This document shows positions 16,318-31,405 of a DNA stretch of 64,000 nucleotides, piece after piece. Position 1 is the stretch's first letter; every line of letters begins with the position of its first letter. The position numbers and the translations under genes were made by a program. The notes beneath the pieces were generated by a model, which was given only the letters and a program-made list of their open reading frames with translations, was not told where the DNA came from and did not search any database. This DNA comes from Chrysomallon squamiferum. Its lineage: Eukaryota > Animalia > Mollusca. The stretch is from positions 13,702,001 to 13,766,000 of the forward strand of contig CM022675.1 in the NCBI GenBank assembly GCA_012295275.1, given 5' to 3'.

Positions 16318-16837
16318 TTCCTTTAACTAAAATATTAGTTTCGTTTTACTAAAATATAACTAAATAACACAGCTTAAACCAATCAATAACAGAATACTTA
16401 CAAACAAGTGAAGAAAACGGAGGCGGAATGTTCAGCATTATAAGTTTAACTACAATTTAAAAGATAAAATAAACTGGCTAATGTTAATAACAGTGATTGT
16501 CTGCGAATATCGATAACAGAATTTCATTAAATATGTGTTGACATTTTCAGCTGCAAGGAAACAGTAGTTTTGCAACGCGAATCAATGAACGCTCGTTTGT
16601 TTTCAAAACTTTGACATCAAAAACGAAATTAGCCATTATTTGTTTTTGTATGAGAATCATTAGTGTTTCAGTCCCGTTAAACCAAGGTATTTTTATTATT
16701 TTTATTATTAGTAGTATTTTTTTAAAGAAAAATGAACTGACTGCATGATTAGGTGAAAGGTTTTTCAGTGCGTGTTTTTTTCCATTTTTGTTTTTCATTT
16801 CAATAAATGTTTTATTTTTTTGCATGTACTCAAAGTA

Positions 16838-16871
<34 letters not shown>

Positions 16872-17204
16872 CATTATAATTATTCTTCTTCTTATTATTA
16901 TTATATTAATCATTATTATTGTTATTATTATTATCATTATCAATGTTGTTGTTGTTGTTGTTGTTATTGTTGTTATTATTATCATTATTAATGTTGTTGT
17001 TGTTATTGTTGTTATTATTATTATTATCATTATCAATGTTGTTGTTGTTGTTGTTGTTATTATCATCTTTTTTAATATCTGTATACGCTTTTCCTGGCAT
17101 AATTAATTTCAGTTATCTGAGGGTTGATAATAAAATCATTAAACAAAAGAAAGAGTAGAAAAGGAAAGAGCAAGGGAAAATGAAAAAGATAATCTTGTCA
17201 TTTA

Positions 17205-18230
17205 CATACTTACAAAAATACACACATACATACTTATACAAATACACACGTACATACTTATACAAATACACACATACATACTTATACAAATACACACACA
17301 TACTTATACAAATACATACTTATACAAATACACACATACACACTTATACAAATACACACATACACACTTATACAAATACACACGTACATACTTATACAAA
17401 TACACACATACATACTTATACAAATACACACATACATACTTATACAAATACACACACATACTTATACAAATACACACATACATACTTATACAAATACACA
17501 CATACACACTTATACAAATACACACGTACACACTTATACAAATACACACACATACTTATACAAATACACATGTACATACTTATACAAATACACACACATA
17601 CTTATACAAATACACACACATACTTATACAAATACTCACGTACATACTTATACAAATAAATACACACACATACTTATACAAATACACACACATACTTATA
17701 CAAATACACACGTACATACTTATACAAATACACACATACACACTTATACAAATACACACACATACTTATACAAATACACATGTACATACTTATACAAATA
17801 TACACATACACACGTACACTTATACAAATACACATGTACATACTTATACAAATACACACACATACTTATACAAATACACACACACATACTTATACAAATA
17901 CATATGTACATACTTATACAAATACACACACGTACATACTTATACAAATACACACACATACTTATACAAATACACACATACACACTTATACAAATACACA
18001 CATACACACTTATACAAATACACATGTACAGACTTATACAAATACACACACATACTTATACAAATACACACGTACACACTTATATTAAAAACACACACAT
18101 ACTTATACAAATACACACATACATACATACAAATACAAAAATACACATACATACTTATATTTATACTTTATACAAATACACACATACATACTTTTATACA
18201 AATACACACACATACTTATACAAAACACAC
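17205..18230. repeat. Minisatellite, ~20-24 bp unit TACTTATACAAATACACA(CA)n
   Basis: Dozens of visible copies over ~1 kb. Confidence 0.95.
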
Positions 18231-20284
18231 GTACATACATCTACTGACATGTATTCACACATACACGCACACACACACAATACACACACACACACACACG
18301 CACGCATGCATGCATTCAAATATGTATAAAAAGAAACATTAGCATATAAAAATATTAGCATATACATATAGCATATGATATACTAAAAGGACCGAGGATT
18401 TGTAATAAAAAAATAATAATAATAATGAACCAAAAAAAAAATATAATTATTTCATTACAATCTTATTTTTTATATTTTCCTTCCTACATTTTTTTTTTTT
18501 TTTTTTTTTTTTTTTCGTTTTAGAGTTAGTACGTTAATTAAGTGACTCATTTATGAAAATGTAAAATTCTGCAATGAAACTAGGACAGAGTTTGCACTTT
18601 TCAATGGTATAAGACAAATGTTTAGGGTCATAAATAAATCCAATGTTTGCATATTTTATTTGTGTTTTTGGTTTATAACTGCATGGAAATTTAATAGTTC
18701 ATACATCTGTCTGCAGCCGCTTTTAGTTTTGAGTAAAATATTCATTTCAGGCTTTTGAGGACTCGCCAAAATATCATCACTTAATCTAAATTATGTATGT
18801 TAATGGTTTTATTAATCAAGCATATTCTAGGAAATGAGACATATGTTCTATTTTCTTATACATTTTTTATATGTTAAAAAAAAAACATCTCCCTGTTCAT
18901 TTAGTAAGTCATTTATAAAACCTACCCCATTACTGAAATAGAGTTTATACAAAACTGGTTTTATGGTCTGCGCACATTCCACTGTTAGACCTAACACTGA
19001 ATGATTAAATTTGAATTATGTTTTGTGTTTTTCTTTTTCTTGTGGTTTTACCCAGCTTATTAACGTGACCGTCCAAAAGCTGTTTAATATTTCTTCTGTT
19101 TTTCTCTTTATCAAATAGTCAACGTACACAATCAAATCATCTGCTAAATCATTTACTGCAGTTTTTATTAAAGGAAATAAATTTTGAAAATTTCTTTTTT
19201 CCTATCCAAAGTGTTTTTGATTTAAAATAATTAATTTCTACCTGAGACAGAAACATGGTAATTTAAAACAGTGCAATCACTCGGGAGAACCATCAAGTAT
19301 AAAGTTTGTATCATCTGCATTTTGTGATATGAAATATTACAGCTAAAATTGTTGTTGTTGTTGTTGTTGTTATATTTTTATAATTTTGATTATTATTATT
19401 ATTATTATTATCATCATCATTAATCTATTGTTTTGTGACGTCATATATTTAATTAAGATCTACAAAGAGACTGACATGACAGCATGTGACTACTGACGTA
19501 ATTTTCTTTTCTGCTAGCAACAAGATTTGTGTTATAAGCGCCCTCCCACTATCAAAAAAAAAAACCGATTACAAAGTGAACTTATTACATAGTTTCATCG
19601 ACGAGGACAGATCCTGGATACGACGGTTTCTCGTTACCAACAGAACGTATCGTGTTTCTATTAGATGAAATGATGTTACCGATTAGCTTGAATCGATAAT
19701 CGAAAGTGACATCGTCGAAGCGTGAAATAGACAAGTTGGTGTCATCATTCAAAGTCACTCGTTGGCTGCAGGACAAAAAAAAAAAAAAAAAAAATCAGTT
19801 TTAAATTTGTCGCCATGTCGACCCGCTGTTGTCCAGAAAGTGATTTGTTCATTTAACAATGTTAATTTGAATCATAAATCTCACACGTAAAGGCGAAACG
19901 ACGGATCAGATAAATATCCGTAATATACACACGCACATACCTATAAAACACGTATTACATACTCGTAAAATACACGCATGTATTATATAACTATGCACAT
20001 AATACATATACTTCTAAAAAGCACAGATATATTCTTATAAAAATATACTCACGTATTCTATATCTTTATTATTTATTTTATAAATCACACACATATGTGA
20101 CATACTCATACAATATACATATATTATAACATAAAATGTACATATAAAATACTAGCATGTATTTTTATAGACAGATAGAAAGACAAATGGACGACGGATG
20201 ATGGAAAAGAAACGGATAAATAGTCTAAGCGAGTAAGAGAACGGACGGGGTGGAAGTAGAACAAATGTAATAGAGAAAGGTGTG

Positions 20285-20827
<543 letters not shown>

Positions 20828-21347
20828 CTGGCACAGTACATCGGATAATAGAGAAAACTAAACACAGTTTTCTGTGACATTTACAAATCTAACGCTGCCT
20901 CCAATTATCTTTATTTTACAACCTTAATCAATTCGTTAACCCGCCATTTGTATATTAATACATTTTTTACTACAGACTTTTCTGTTTTTTTTTTTTTTTT
21001 TTTTTTTTTTTCGGGACATTCTGTAAAATAAATGGCTTTTTCTGTATTTTGCAAACTATTTTTGTCTTTATTTGTTTTTAAACTTTTTTTTTCTTTTTCT
21101 GGGGGTTACATTTTTCTTCCTATCAACTTATTTTTACTTTTTTTTTTTTTTTTTTTTTCCATTTTTGAAAGATTTGATTTGGGTTTCTGTTAAATTCAGT
21201 GTACTGACAAGTTGAAAAGCTAGTGAACACTGACAGAAATATTTATTAGTTTGAAGATAAATGTTTTACAAGGAGAAAATCAGAAACGAGGAGAGACAGA
21301 AAGGAAAAACAGGGTCTGGTAAAAGGCATCCTTAACGTTCGTGTATT

Positions 21348-21388
<41 letters not shown>

Positions 21389-21721
21389 GATATAAAGACA
21401 TGGTTATACAGCTAAAGAGAAAGATACACAGAGAGATGGAAACAACATACACACGCAGACATACATACATACATACATACATACATACATACATACATAC
21501 ATACATACATACATACATACATACATACATAGATACATACATACATATATACATACATACATACATACATAAATACATTCATACATACATACATTCATTC
21601 GTTAGATTTTCGAATCGTCGAAAATAGAAATGATTGTAACAAAATTAAAAAAAAATAAAGACTTTTCTGCACTTCTAGACGAAGCATATAGACCAGGATA
21701 TCCAGTTTTGAATTAAAATAC

Positions 21722-21878
21722 TGGGGTGGGGGAGTTATCAGAGATGAAGGGGGGAGTTATCAGAGATGTGGGGGAGTTATCAGAGACCAGGGGGAGTTAT
21801 CAGAGAAGTGGGGGGAGTTATCAGAGACCAGGGGGAGTTATCAGAGACCAGGGGGGATTTATCAGAGATGAAGGGAGA
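21722..21878. repeat. G-rich ~20-bp minisatellite GGGGGAGTTATCAGAGA x7
   Basis: Seven units visible. Confidence 0.92.
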
Positions 21879-22565
21879 AGAAAGGTCGTGTAGGTCACAG
21901 AGGTTGTTATATTTTCTAATAACGGAATGAGACAATTACACGACTGTAAAGACGACGTCAGTTTATTGGTGATTTCAGCGCACTCAGTGTTAGACCGGTC
22001 ACTCTGCTGTTTAACATCAAACTCCAATAAACTCGCTGATTTAACATTAGACTCCTATAAACTCGCTGGATCCATCACAGCCAGATGGTTGTTGTTTTCG
22101 TAGCCGTGCACTGCGAACTGTTCGCACGTGAGTACTAAAAAGCGGAGCAGACGTATTGCATTCAGTTCAAAGTCGGCACCAGTCGGTGATTAGACTGGTA
22201 TCGGTTTATGGAGCGAAGCGCGAACAGGCTTGTTATGGTAACACAGTGCGAGCGCAACAAACAATAAACTGCTCGGTGCACGACAATGGAGATAGATAAA
22301 GCAAAATGGCGATTTTATTGGCGACCGAGTAGAAGAGAGCTAAAGCGATTAACTTTACGTTGTAATTATTCTCGGCGAAGTTTCTGCTTTTATGCCCAGT
22401 TTGTTTTATGAAACGATTACTGCAGCTTTTAACGTCCCTAATACACGTAGCTGCTTTTGATATTAATATTGTAAAACAGAAATATTGATTACTGTATAAT
22501 ATCAGGATGTAATTTATTTTTAAACGTAGAAACAGGTCAATAAAGACAAAGTACTTGATGTATGC

Positions 22566-22654
<89 letters not shown>

Positions 22655-22763
22655 TTAAATCCTCCTTCTGTTTTTCTCTTACTCATTCAAAATGTTTGAT
22701 TCCGCGAACTTTTATTCCTGACCTTTTCTGTCTCTCTATTTTTTCTTTCTACCAAGCTCATCA

Positions 22764-22797
<34 letters not shown>

Positions 22798-22909
22798 GAT
22801 TTACCTTTACGTACGCTTTAGTCATCAAAATACATAAAACTTGATTACTTTAAAACACCATACGTGAAACCAACTCCTTCGTATTAAATTCTGGTTTATT
22901 CAGGGGAGC

Positions 22910-22963
<54 letters not shown>

Positions 22964-23204
22964 GAGACCGTTGTACCTGTGAGCAAAATAGTAGCTACAG
23001 TAGAAAAGAGGTTATGCGAAATTGGAACTATTAATAATCGGGCAAAATGAGATTTGATTAGGAAGATTGAGTTTATCGGTTAGTTTGGCCCATATCTTGA
23101 ACAGTTGAAGCACGTGATGACAAATGAAACATATTGATTTATCAAGACTACTGAAGCTGTGTGTAATTTTCAATTTGAGAAATTTCTTACGTCAGTGCTT
23201 GAAT

Positions 23205-23290
<86 letters not shown>

Positions 23291-23451
23291 ACATACTTTT
23301 TCTTTTAATACTTGCGGATTAATACATATATTTTTATCTGCACATACAACACATACATACATACGTACGTACGTACATACACACACACACACACACACAA
23401 ACATACTATATACTGAGATACCTTTATCGATGATTTCTCTATCAAACGCTG

Positions 23452-23551
<100 letters not shown>

Positions 23552-24917
23552 TGTATATGTGATGGCAGAAAGTTTCATTTTTCTGGCCTGCAGCTTATCA
23601 ATTAACTACTTGTTCATAATCAGTGGAAACTGATCAGTGAGACAGGACAAGGTGTATGACAGTCACGTGACTTTACGTCACTGCTACAATCTGAATTTAG
23701 TTGAATCGCTGTTCGAGGCGAATAGAAAGGGAGGGGGTTGGTATACGACCGAAGTAATTAACAGTCCAAAAGCCGATATTACGTAACAAAACTGAAAGAG
23801 ACAAAACTTGGCTAATATATTCTTTTACGTATTTTTTTTTTTTTTTTTTTTTATTGCTTTTTGTATATGTTTTAAAACGTATTCGCCCATTCAGAACATA
23901 CACAAAAGTAACTACGCACGTAAAGAAAAAAACAACAAAATACAGAAGATCACGCGACAGAAACATTGGCTTGTTACAAGCGAGCAAAACAACTTTGGTT
24001 TGTTAATAACTTTTTCTCTTTCCTTTTTTTCTTTTTTTTCTTCCCCTCCTCCTTCTTCTTCTTTTTAAAGAGTCTACAGGGAGTTTTGTTATTATTTCAA
24101 GCTGTAAACAAATATCTGGTAAACTCGACTCCTCACGATGTTCTTAAAATTAGATGTCATAAAACTAAAATGAAAATAAAGATAAGGCTCAGATCGTTAA
24201 GTTGCTCATAGGACGCAATGACACGTGATGTTAGAAACACGCACACTGCTGCAAGCGTGTGCGTTAGACAATACGGTCTATAATATTTTTAGGTTTTTGG
24301 GGTGTTGGGGTTTGAAGGTGGGTTATGTTTTATCCTACTGAAATATGAGTGTATCGACAATAATTCTGTCGTTTTTTTTTTTTTTTTTTTTTTTTTCTTC
24401 TTCATATTCGGCTGCTTTTGCGTTTTTTATTTTAGTTTGTCTTTCTTTGTATGTAATCTTGCAATAAATAAAATGACTGGCTAAAAAATAATAATAATAA
24501 TGATAAAATAATAATAATAATAATAACAATAACAACGACAAAAATAAAATGAAATAATTATGTAAATCAATAAAATGAAATAAATACGTAAAGAAATAAA
24601 AAGAAATAGAAAAAGGCAACACAGATTGAGTCTTTGGTTTATGTTTTATTCTCATCACTGTAAATTGCCACACAAATTGTAACATTATGATATTCTGTAC
24701 TTGGCTATTCACATTTACACACTAGAAAACTAGTAAACACAAACATGTATTATACACACCGAGCTGCCATTAAACAGAATTTAAAATTGTGTGGTTTTTA
24801 ATTTTAGAGTGACTTCCCTTTATTACGACCTACACCGAGAAAGTGCGTTTTCTCGAATTTGTACTGAATAATTATTAAAATGGAGAGAAACAGACTATAA
24901 TTGGGAAGAATAATATT

Positions 24918-24958
<41 letters not shown>

Positions 24959-26854
24959 AAATCGAAATAATTTTATTTTTATTTTCAAACAACCAGATTC
25001 TCATAATTGTAATACAAATTAACAATCAATTATCACGTCGTCATCATCATCATCACTGTCATCATTATCATCATCGTCATTATCATAACACTCAACACAG
25101 CGAAGAAGAAAAAAGAAAGAGAACAGAATGCGAGAAGGTCGACACTAATTAAATTTTATCTCTACTAACACATGAATTATTTATACTGGCAATCTGTAAA
25201 CATCATATCTTCCTAAAATAACATTTAAATTAATTCTAAATACTACATTTCTATAATTATAAAAAAAATAAAATAAATAAAGATAGAGAGAGAGATAAAA
25301 TAAATAAGTAGATGGAGAAGAAAAAGAACGAAGAAAGAAAGAACAGAAAAAAAATGAAGATGACAAAAAACAAAATACCATGTATGTTCATGTTATCACT
25401 GGAACATTTAAATTATACATAATTGATGTCTACTGATAAAACTTAAAAATAAAGAAAGAAAGAAGCAGAGATGTTTGCTTATCTGTAAATTCTGATAAGG
25501 AAAGAAGAAGAAACAAAATAATAATATATGACATTTTACTTAGAAGATTAAAAAACATATATTTATATATTGTCTTAAATCATATTCTGAGAGAGAAAAA
25601 AAGAATTACCAATAAAACAGATAATCTTTAAATTATCTTGAGAAATTTTAAAAAAAAAAAAAAATAAATAAATAAAAAAAAAAAAAGAAAAAGATTCCTT
25701 GTAATGGAATCATTTTGAAATAAAATAAAATATTAAAGGATAAAGATATTTTAAAAACAAAATTAGAATGCACTGATAAAAGGTATCTTGTAAAAATGTT
25801 GTTATTACGAAATAAACTTCCTGAAAAAGAGAGAGGGTGTGTTTCTATAAGAGACAGAGGGGGAGAGAAAGATTATGTTGGTCGAATTCACTGCAAAATT
25901 ATTACAGTCAATTCAACCTTGTTAATGCAGTAAATTATAATAAAAAATAAAATGTCAACTATAATTTAAAAACATGAAAGTTAAAGTACATATTACTGTT
26001 TATCACAGAAACATACATTTTAAAAAACACTCAAAACACTGAGGAAAAAAAAAAGAAAAAGAAAAAAGAAACACTGAACTATCATGATTGTCAGCAATAT
26101 AAAAACATTATTAAAAATATCTATAAAGATAAAAATTAATATAAAAAAAAAGTTCTTTCTTTTGCATAACTCAAGTTTGCAGTGAAAAATAAAAACAGTA
26201 CATCACTTACAAAACTGAATATCACTTACAGGCAAAACACACACACACTCACCCTTTTATTCAATTTTATATAATTTTATGTATTTTTATATTTAATGTT
26301 ACTATAGTAATACAGTTATCATTTTTATTATTGTTATATTAATAGGTTTTAGTTATTATAATTATTATTTTTGTTATAATTGTTATAACCTAATAATTGT
26401 TAGAATAATAAATGTTGTTGTTGTTGTTATTGTTATTATTTACAATTCAGAACTGTGCACACAAATGCATGCACACACAAACACACAGACAGACACATCT
26501 CGTTATTAAAGCCTGAAGGAATTTGTGTTTTTTCATAAGACATTAATATTTTTATTTCAAAAAAAAAAAAAAAAAATAAAAAATAAAAAATAAAAAATAA
26601 AAATAAAAAGTTATTAATAATAAATTAAATTAAATTAAAAATTATATATAGTCACATATATAAATATATATACTGTGTAGGTTGGTATATAAAATGTCTC
26701 CAAAAATATCAGATATAAAATGAAACATTAATTACATGTGTTCTAGTGTTTGAATGTACTGGAAAACTTCTGTATACCCAGTAGAAACATAAACACACTT
26801 TTTTTCTCTCTGCTGAAACTTACGTTTGAGAATTTAAAGAATCTGTAATATGTA

Positions 26855-27095
26855 TTTAACTTAGTAATAACTGCTTGACTTTCTATTACTTACTTTTAAC
26901 ATAATAATACATACATTAACTTAGTAATAACTACTTAACTTTCTAATACTTACTTTTAACATAATAATACATACTTTTAACTTAGTAATGATTATTTTAA
27001 CTAATACATACTTTATTTAGTAATAAAAAATTTAGTAATAAATACTTAAACTTAATAATATCTACTCAACTTAGAAATAACAACTTAGTAACATA
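26855..27095. repeat. Degenerate AT-rich tandem repeat (~59-bp higher-order unit built from ~19-20-bp subunits)
   Basis: ttaacttagtaataact...ttttaacataataatacatac repeated. Confidence 0.7.
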
Positions 27096-28135
27096 TATTT
27101 ACATCACAAAATCCAGTGGTCAGTGGATGGTAGGTGAACTAGTACTAGTACTAGATTAGTAAGTTCACAAAAGTAAGTACCAGACTTGAGTGAGGTCTTA
27201 TTCAACAAGCAAGGATAGAAATCTACTTTAAAAATCTGTGAATTTTCTTACATACCAACATACACAGTAAAGAAAATACAGAAACTTTATGATTTTCATG
27301 AGAATTTTCTTAAACATAAAAAAGAAAACACATGATTTTGATGTTTTAACAATTCTAAACATCGTGTCATTTTAAAAGTATTTACAAAACACTCAGCAAA
27401 ATATTAAAATACATAGTTTTGACATACAGTGTTTTTGTATAGGAAAGAAAGAAGAAAAAAGAATGGACAGATGGAGAGAAATTGAATGAATAAATGGATA
27501 AATATACATTAAAAAAATAATTGGTAAAATGAATGGAAAGAATAAACACACCTATATAAACAAATAAATAAATAAATAAATAAATAGAACATGACAAATA
27601 ATAAAAGCAAATGATGATTGATAATTTCAGTGATGGTTAGTTAAAAAAATTAAAAAAAAAGGAAAAGAAAGAAAAAAGAAGTTAAAGAAAGAAAGAAAGA
27701 AAAAAGAACAACATATACAACTAAAACATTTGAAAACATGTAAAATTTTCATAAAAATTTCATACAAGACTAAAACAAGATGACAAGGTTTATTATGTAA
27801 TTTCCCCTCAGAAACAAACTAAATTTTCATCACACTATAAATACATGCAGTTATTTACAAATGATTGATTGATTCTGGCATTTTTCACAAATCAGAGACC
27901 AAAAAAACAATAAAACTGATCATTACTGCTGACCAGCTGAAACAAGGACATAACAGTGTGTTGTCAGTAAGTACATGTGTGTCACTATATGTCATGTGTC
28001 ACTTTATGTCACATTCTGTTGTCTGTTAATGTGTTTTTTCATGTGTTGTGTGTGACTGTGTTGTCTGTGTCACCATGTCTTGGATTTGTGTATCACTACA
28101 GGTTTTAGGTCATATCATTGTGTATGTATGCATAT

Positions 28136-28234
<99 letters not shown>

Positions 28235-29420
28235 GTAATATATATATATATATATATCCAAAGCATACAATCAAAAAGTACACTAGTTTAGGTTAATAAC
28301 AGTGGTTATTTTTCTTTTCCAGTGTTTTAAAAGTACTTTTTTACAACACACACACATTATAAAAACACTAAAATATTAATTTAAAGAATAAACTATGAAG
28401 AATCTGAGATGTTTATCAGATCTGAGTTCAACAAGCTAGCTAAAGTAAATTAATTAAATGTTCAAATAATAAAAAATAAAAAAATAAAAATAAAAATAAA
28501 AAATAAAAATGAATGAAGAAGAAATCAATGAAAATAGAGGAAAAAAATAATAATAAAGTTTGATAAAAAGATTTAATGATGGAATGTAGTTTATGACTGG
28601 AAACCAGTTGTACCAGTGTCTTTCAGTTTAAATAAATAAGTAAATAAATAAATATAATAAAAAAATAGTAGGATTAAAGTTATTAAAGCAAAAAAAAAAA
28701 AAAAAAAAAAAAAAAATGAATAATAAATACAAATTGAATTTTTTGGATTTGTTTTTTTAAAGTAATCTAAATACAATTTTTAGTTTTTTCTTTTTAATTT
28801 ATCACACTTTTTCACCTGAGCATAATTTTATTTTTAATTTTTAATTTTTGTTTTCTGGTTTAAACTAGAATGTCATGTTTCTTAATGTTATTTGCTTAAA
28901 GTTATTTGCTTTTATTTGCTTTATTATTATAATTATTTTGTTTTGTTGTTGTTGTTTTCAAATATAGTTATTTCAGTTTTTAGTTATTGTTATATTAAAA
29001 AAAAAATTATTATTATTATTAGTAGTAATATCCAAATTATTAACAATTTTATTACCACTGTTAATATTGTTATATTTATAGTCATTACTTATATATTATT
29101 ATTATTATCATTATCATTATTTTTATTATTATTATTATTATTCTTATTATTCTTTTGATTATTATTATTATTATTATTGGTGTTGTTGTTGATATTATTG
29201 TTGCTTTTTTGGTGTTGTTGTTATTATTTAAAAAATATTTATGTTGATGTAATAAAATTAATATGTGTTTATAGTTAGATCTAATCATTACAGGTAAAAT
29301 AAATATAAAAATGTCTTTATATTTTATCATGTAAGATACAAATTCATTAAGAATTACCTGACGATTTATCGTTAGTTTGGCACGGGAATGTTTTGGTTAG
29401 TAGCATAAATTAAAAAAAAA

Positions 29421-29452
<32 letters not shown>

Positions 29453-30264
29453 ATAAAATAATAACAACAAAAATAAAATTATGAATGAAAAAATACTTTT
29501 AAGGAATAAGATTTATATCTATGTATAAAAAATTAAACTGAATTGTAAAACAGCTAATGTATAAATAAATAAATAAATAAATAAATTAATTAATAATGTA
29601 AGGGACGAAGAAAAGAAAGAAAAAAGAAAGAAAAAAAACAAATTAGTGAACTTACTGATCATGAAAAAATGAATCAATGAAAGCAAGGAAGGAAGGAAAG
29701 AAGAAGAAAAAAGGGATAAATCTTTTAAACATATTAATAAATAAAACAATTTTTAGAAATATAAAGACAAATAATAAATAAATGATATTTACAAAGATAA
29801 AAAGAAAAAATGAAAAATGGAAGATATACAAAATAAAATGCTCAAAAATTAACAAATAAATAAAAGGGACAATAATATATATATTATATCAGACATTTGT
29901 CATGACATAACTGTGACTACTAATACTTATGAGATTGCATATGGGACTGCAGCAGTAAAACTCAGTTGTTTACGTCAGAAAGACAAAAAAATAAGCACAC
30001 TAAATTACCGTTTTAAGTTCATACTTATCAACTGTTTCAACATGAAATGTATCTCCTTAAGCTACATAAAAATAAAAAAAATAAAATTGTGATCAAGTTG
30101 GTTAATATTCATAAACCATTTCAATTTTTCCACCCAGTCGGTTGTTTAACTGTACATCAAATTGTTTGTTACAACTGCCACATTTATTAATAGTCTTAAA
30201 TTTCTTCAACTTTTCCATATATCCAACTGTAACCACTGTTCTCTAATAATTATTTATTAATTAA

Positions 30265-30303
<39 letters not shown>

Positions 30304-31372
30304 AAGTTCACATTTAGAATAAAATTATCTCAACCACACTGTGTGTCTACAAAGTATATATATATAAAAAAAAGAAGTTTCAATTTGTCTGTGTGTTTGT
30401 CTATACAAACAAACATTCTAAATTCATCTCTGTTTTTCTGTTTACAGTTTTCCAAAATTCTACTCAGATGTAGATGGCGAGTTATAAGCATAAAGCATTA
30501 AAGTAATTATCTGCAGTGTCTTGTTAATTGTCTAAGTATGTGAAAACACAAAGATAATTATTATATTAGGGCCAGTTCCAGAGAATGCAGAAGATGATGG
30601 AGCAGACAGATACTCAAGATAGTTATTAAAAAAACAGAATAAAAATATGAAAAAAAAAAAAAAAAAAAAAAAGAAAATCATAATAAATATAAAATAACTG
30701 AATTGTTTCATTAAATATTTGTTTAAATAAATTAAATACATCTTTAGCAATAAAAATAAGTTAAAAACATTATTTACTAAAATTGTAAACACAAATATCC
30801 AGAGTAAAAGAGATCATAAAAATTAAACACAAAATAACCCTACCGCCCGCCACACCTAAAAAAAAAAAAAAAAAAAAAAATAAAATAAAATAAAATAAAT
30901 AAGTAAATAATCATAAATAAATAAACAAAATAATAAATAATACTTAAAGTTAAAATAAAAATATCCTTGCACACAGCAAGAAAACATCCCCTTGTAATTC
31001 TGTGTGGACTGTCCTGTTTAGAATATTAATTAAATTATATTTTCATCATGTCATTATTGTCTGCATTTCCACACAAAATTTAATTTACATAAAACTATCA
31101 AAATTAACACTTCAGTACTGGTCTACAGAAACAATGCATTGTACAAAAGACAAAAAAAAAAGTTATCAATATAATCATTATATAAGACTGATGTTTCATG
31201 CATTCTTATTGGTTTGTTAATTATCACCCAGCCAATGACAGAGGAGGTTATATTCACTGCCCATGATACCTCATATTTCAAAGATTTGTTTTTGGCAGCT
31301 TTCAGAGAATATGTCAAAATTTAACAAGAAGTTTTGAGGTTTTCTGAAAAGATAAAACTTAATATATCCAAA

Positions 31373-31405
<33 letters not shown>

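Noticed and set aside
18380-19560. Possible old DNA-transposon remnant
   Set aside because: Could not identify TIRs or a TSD.
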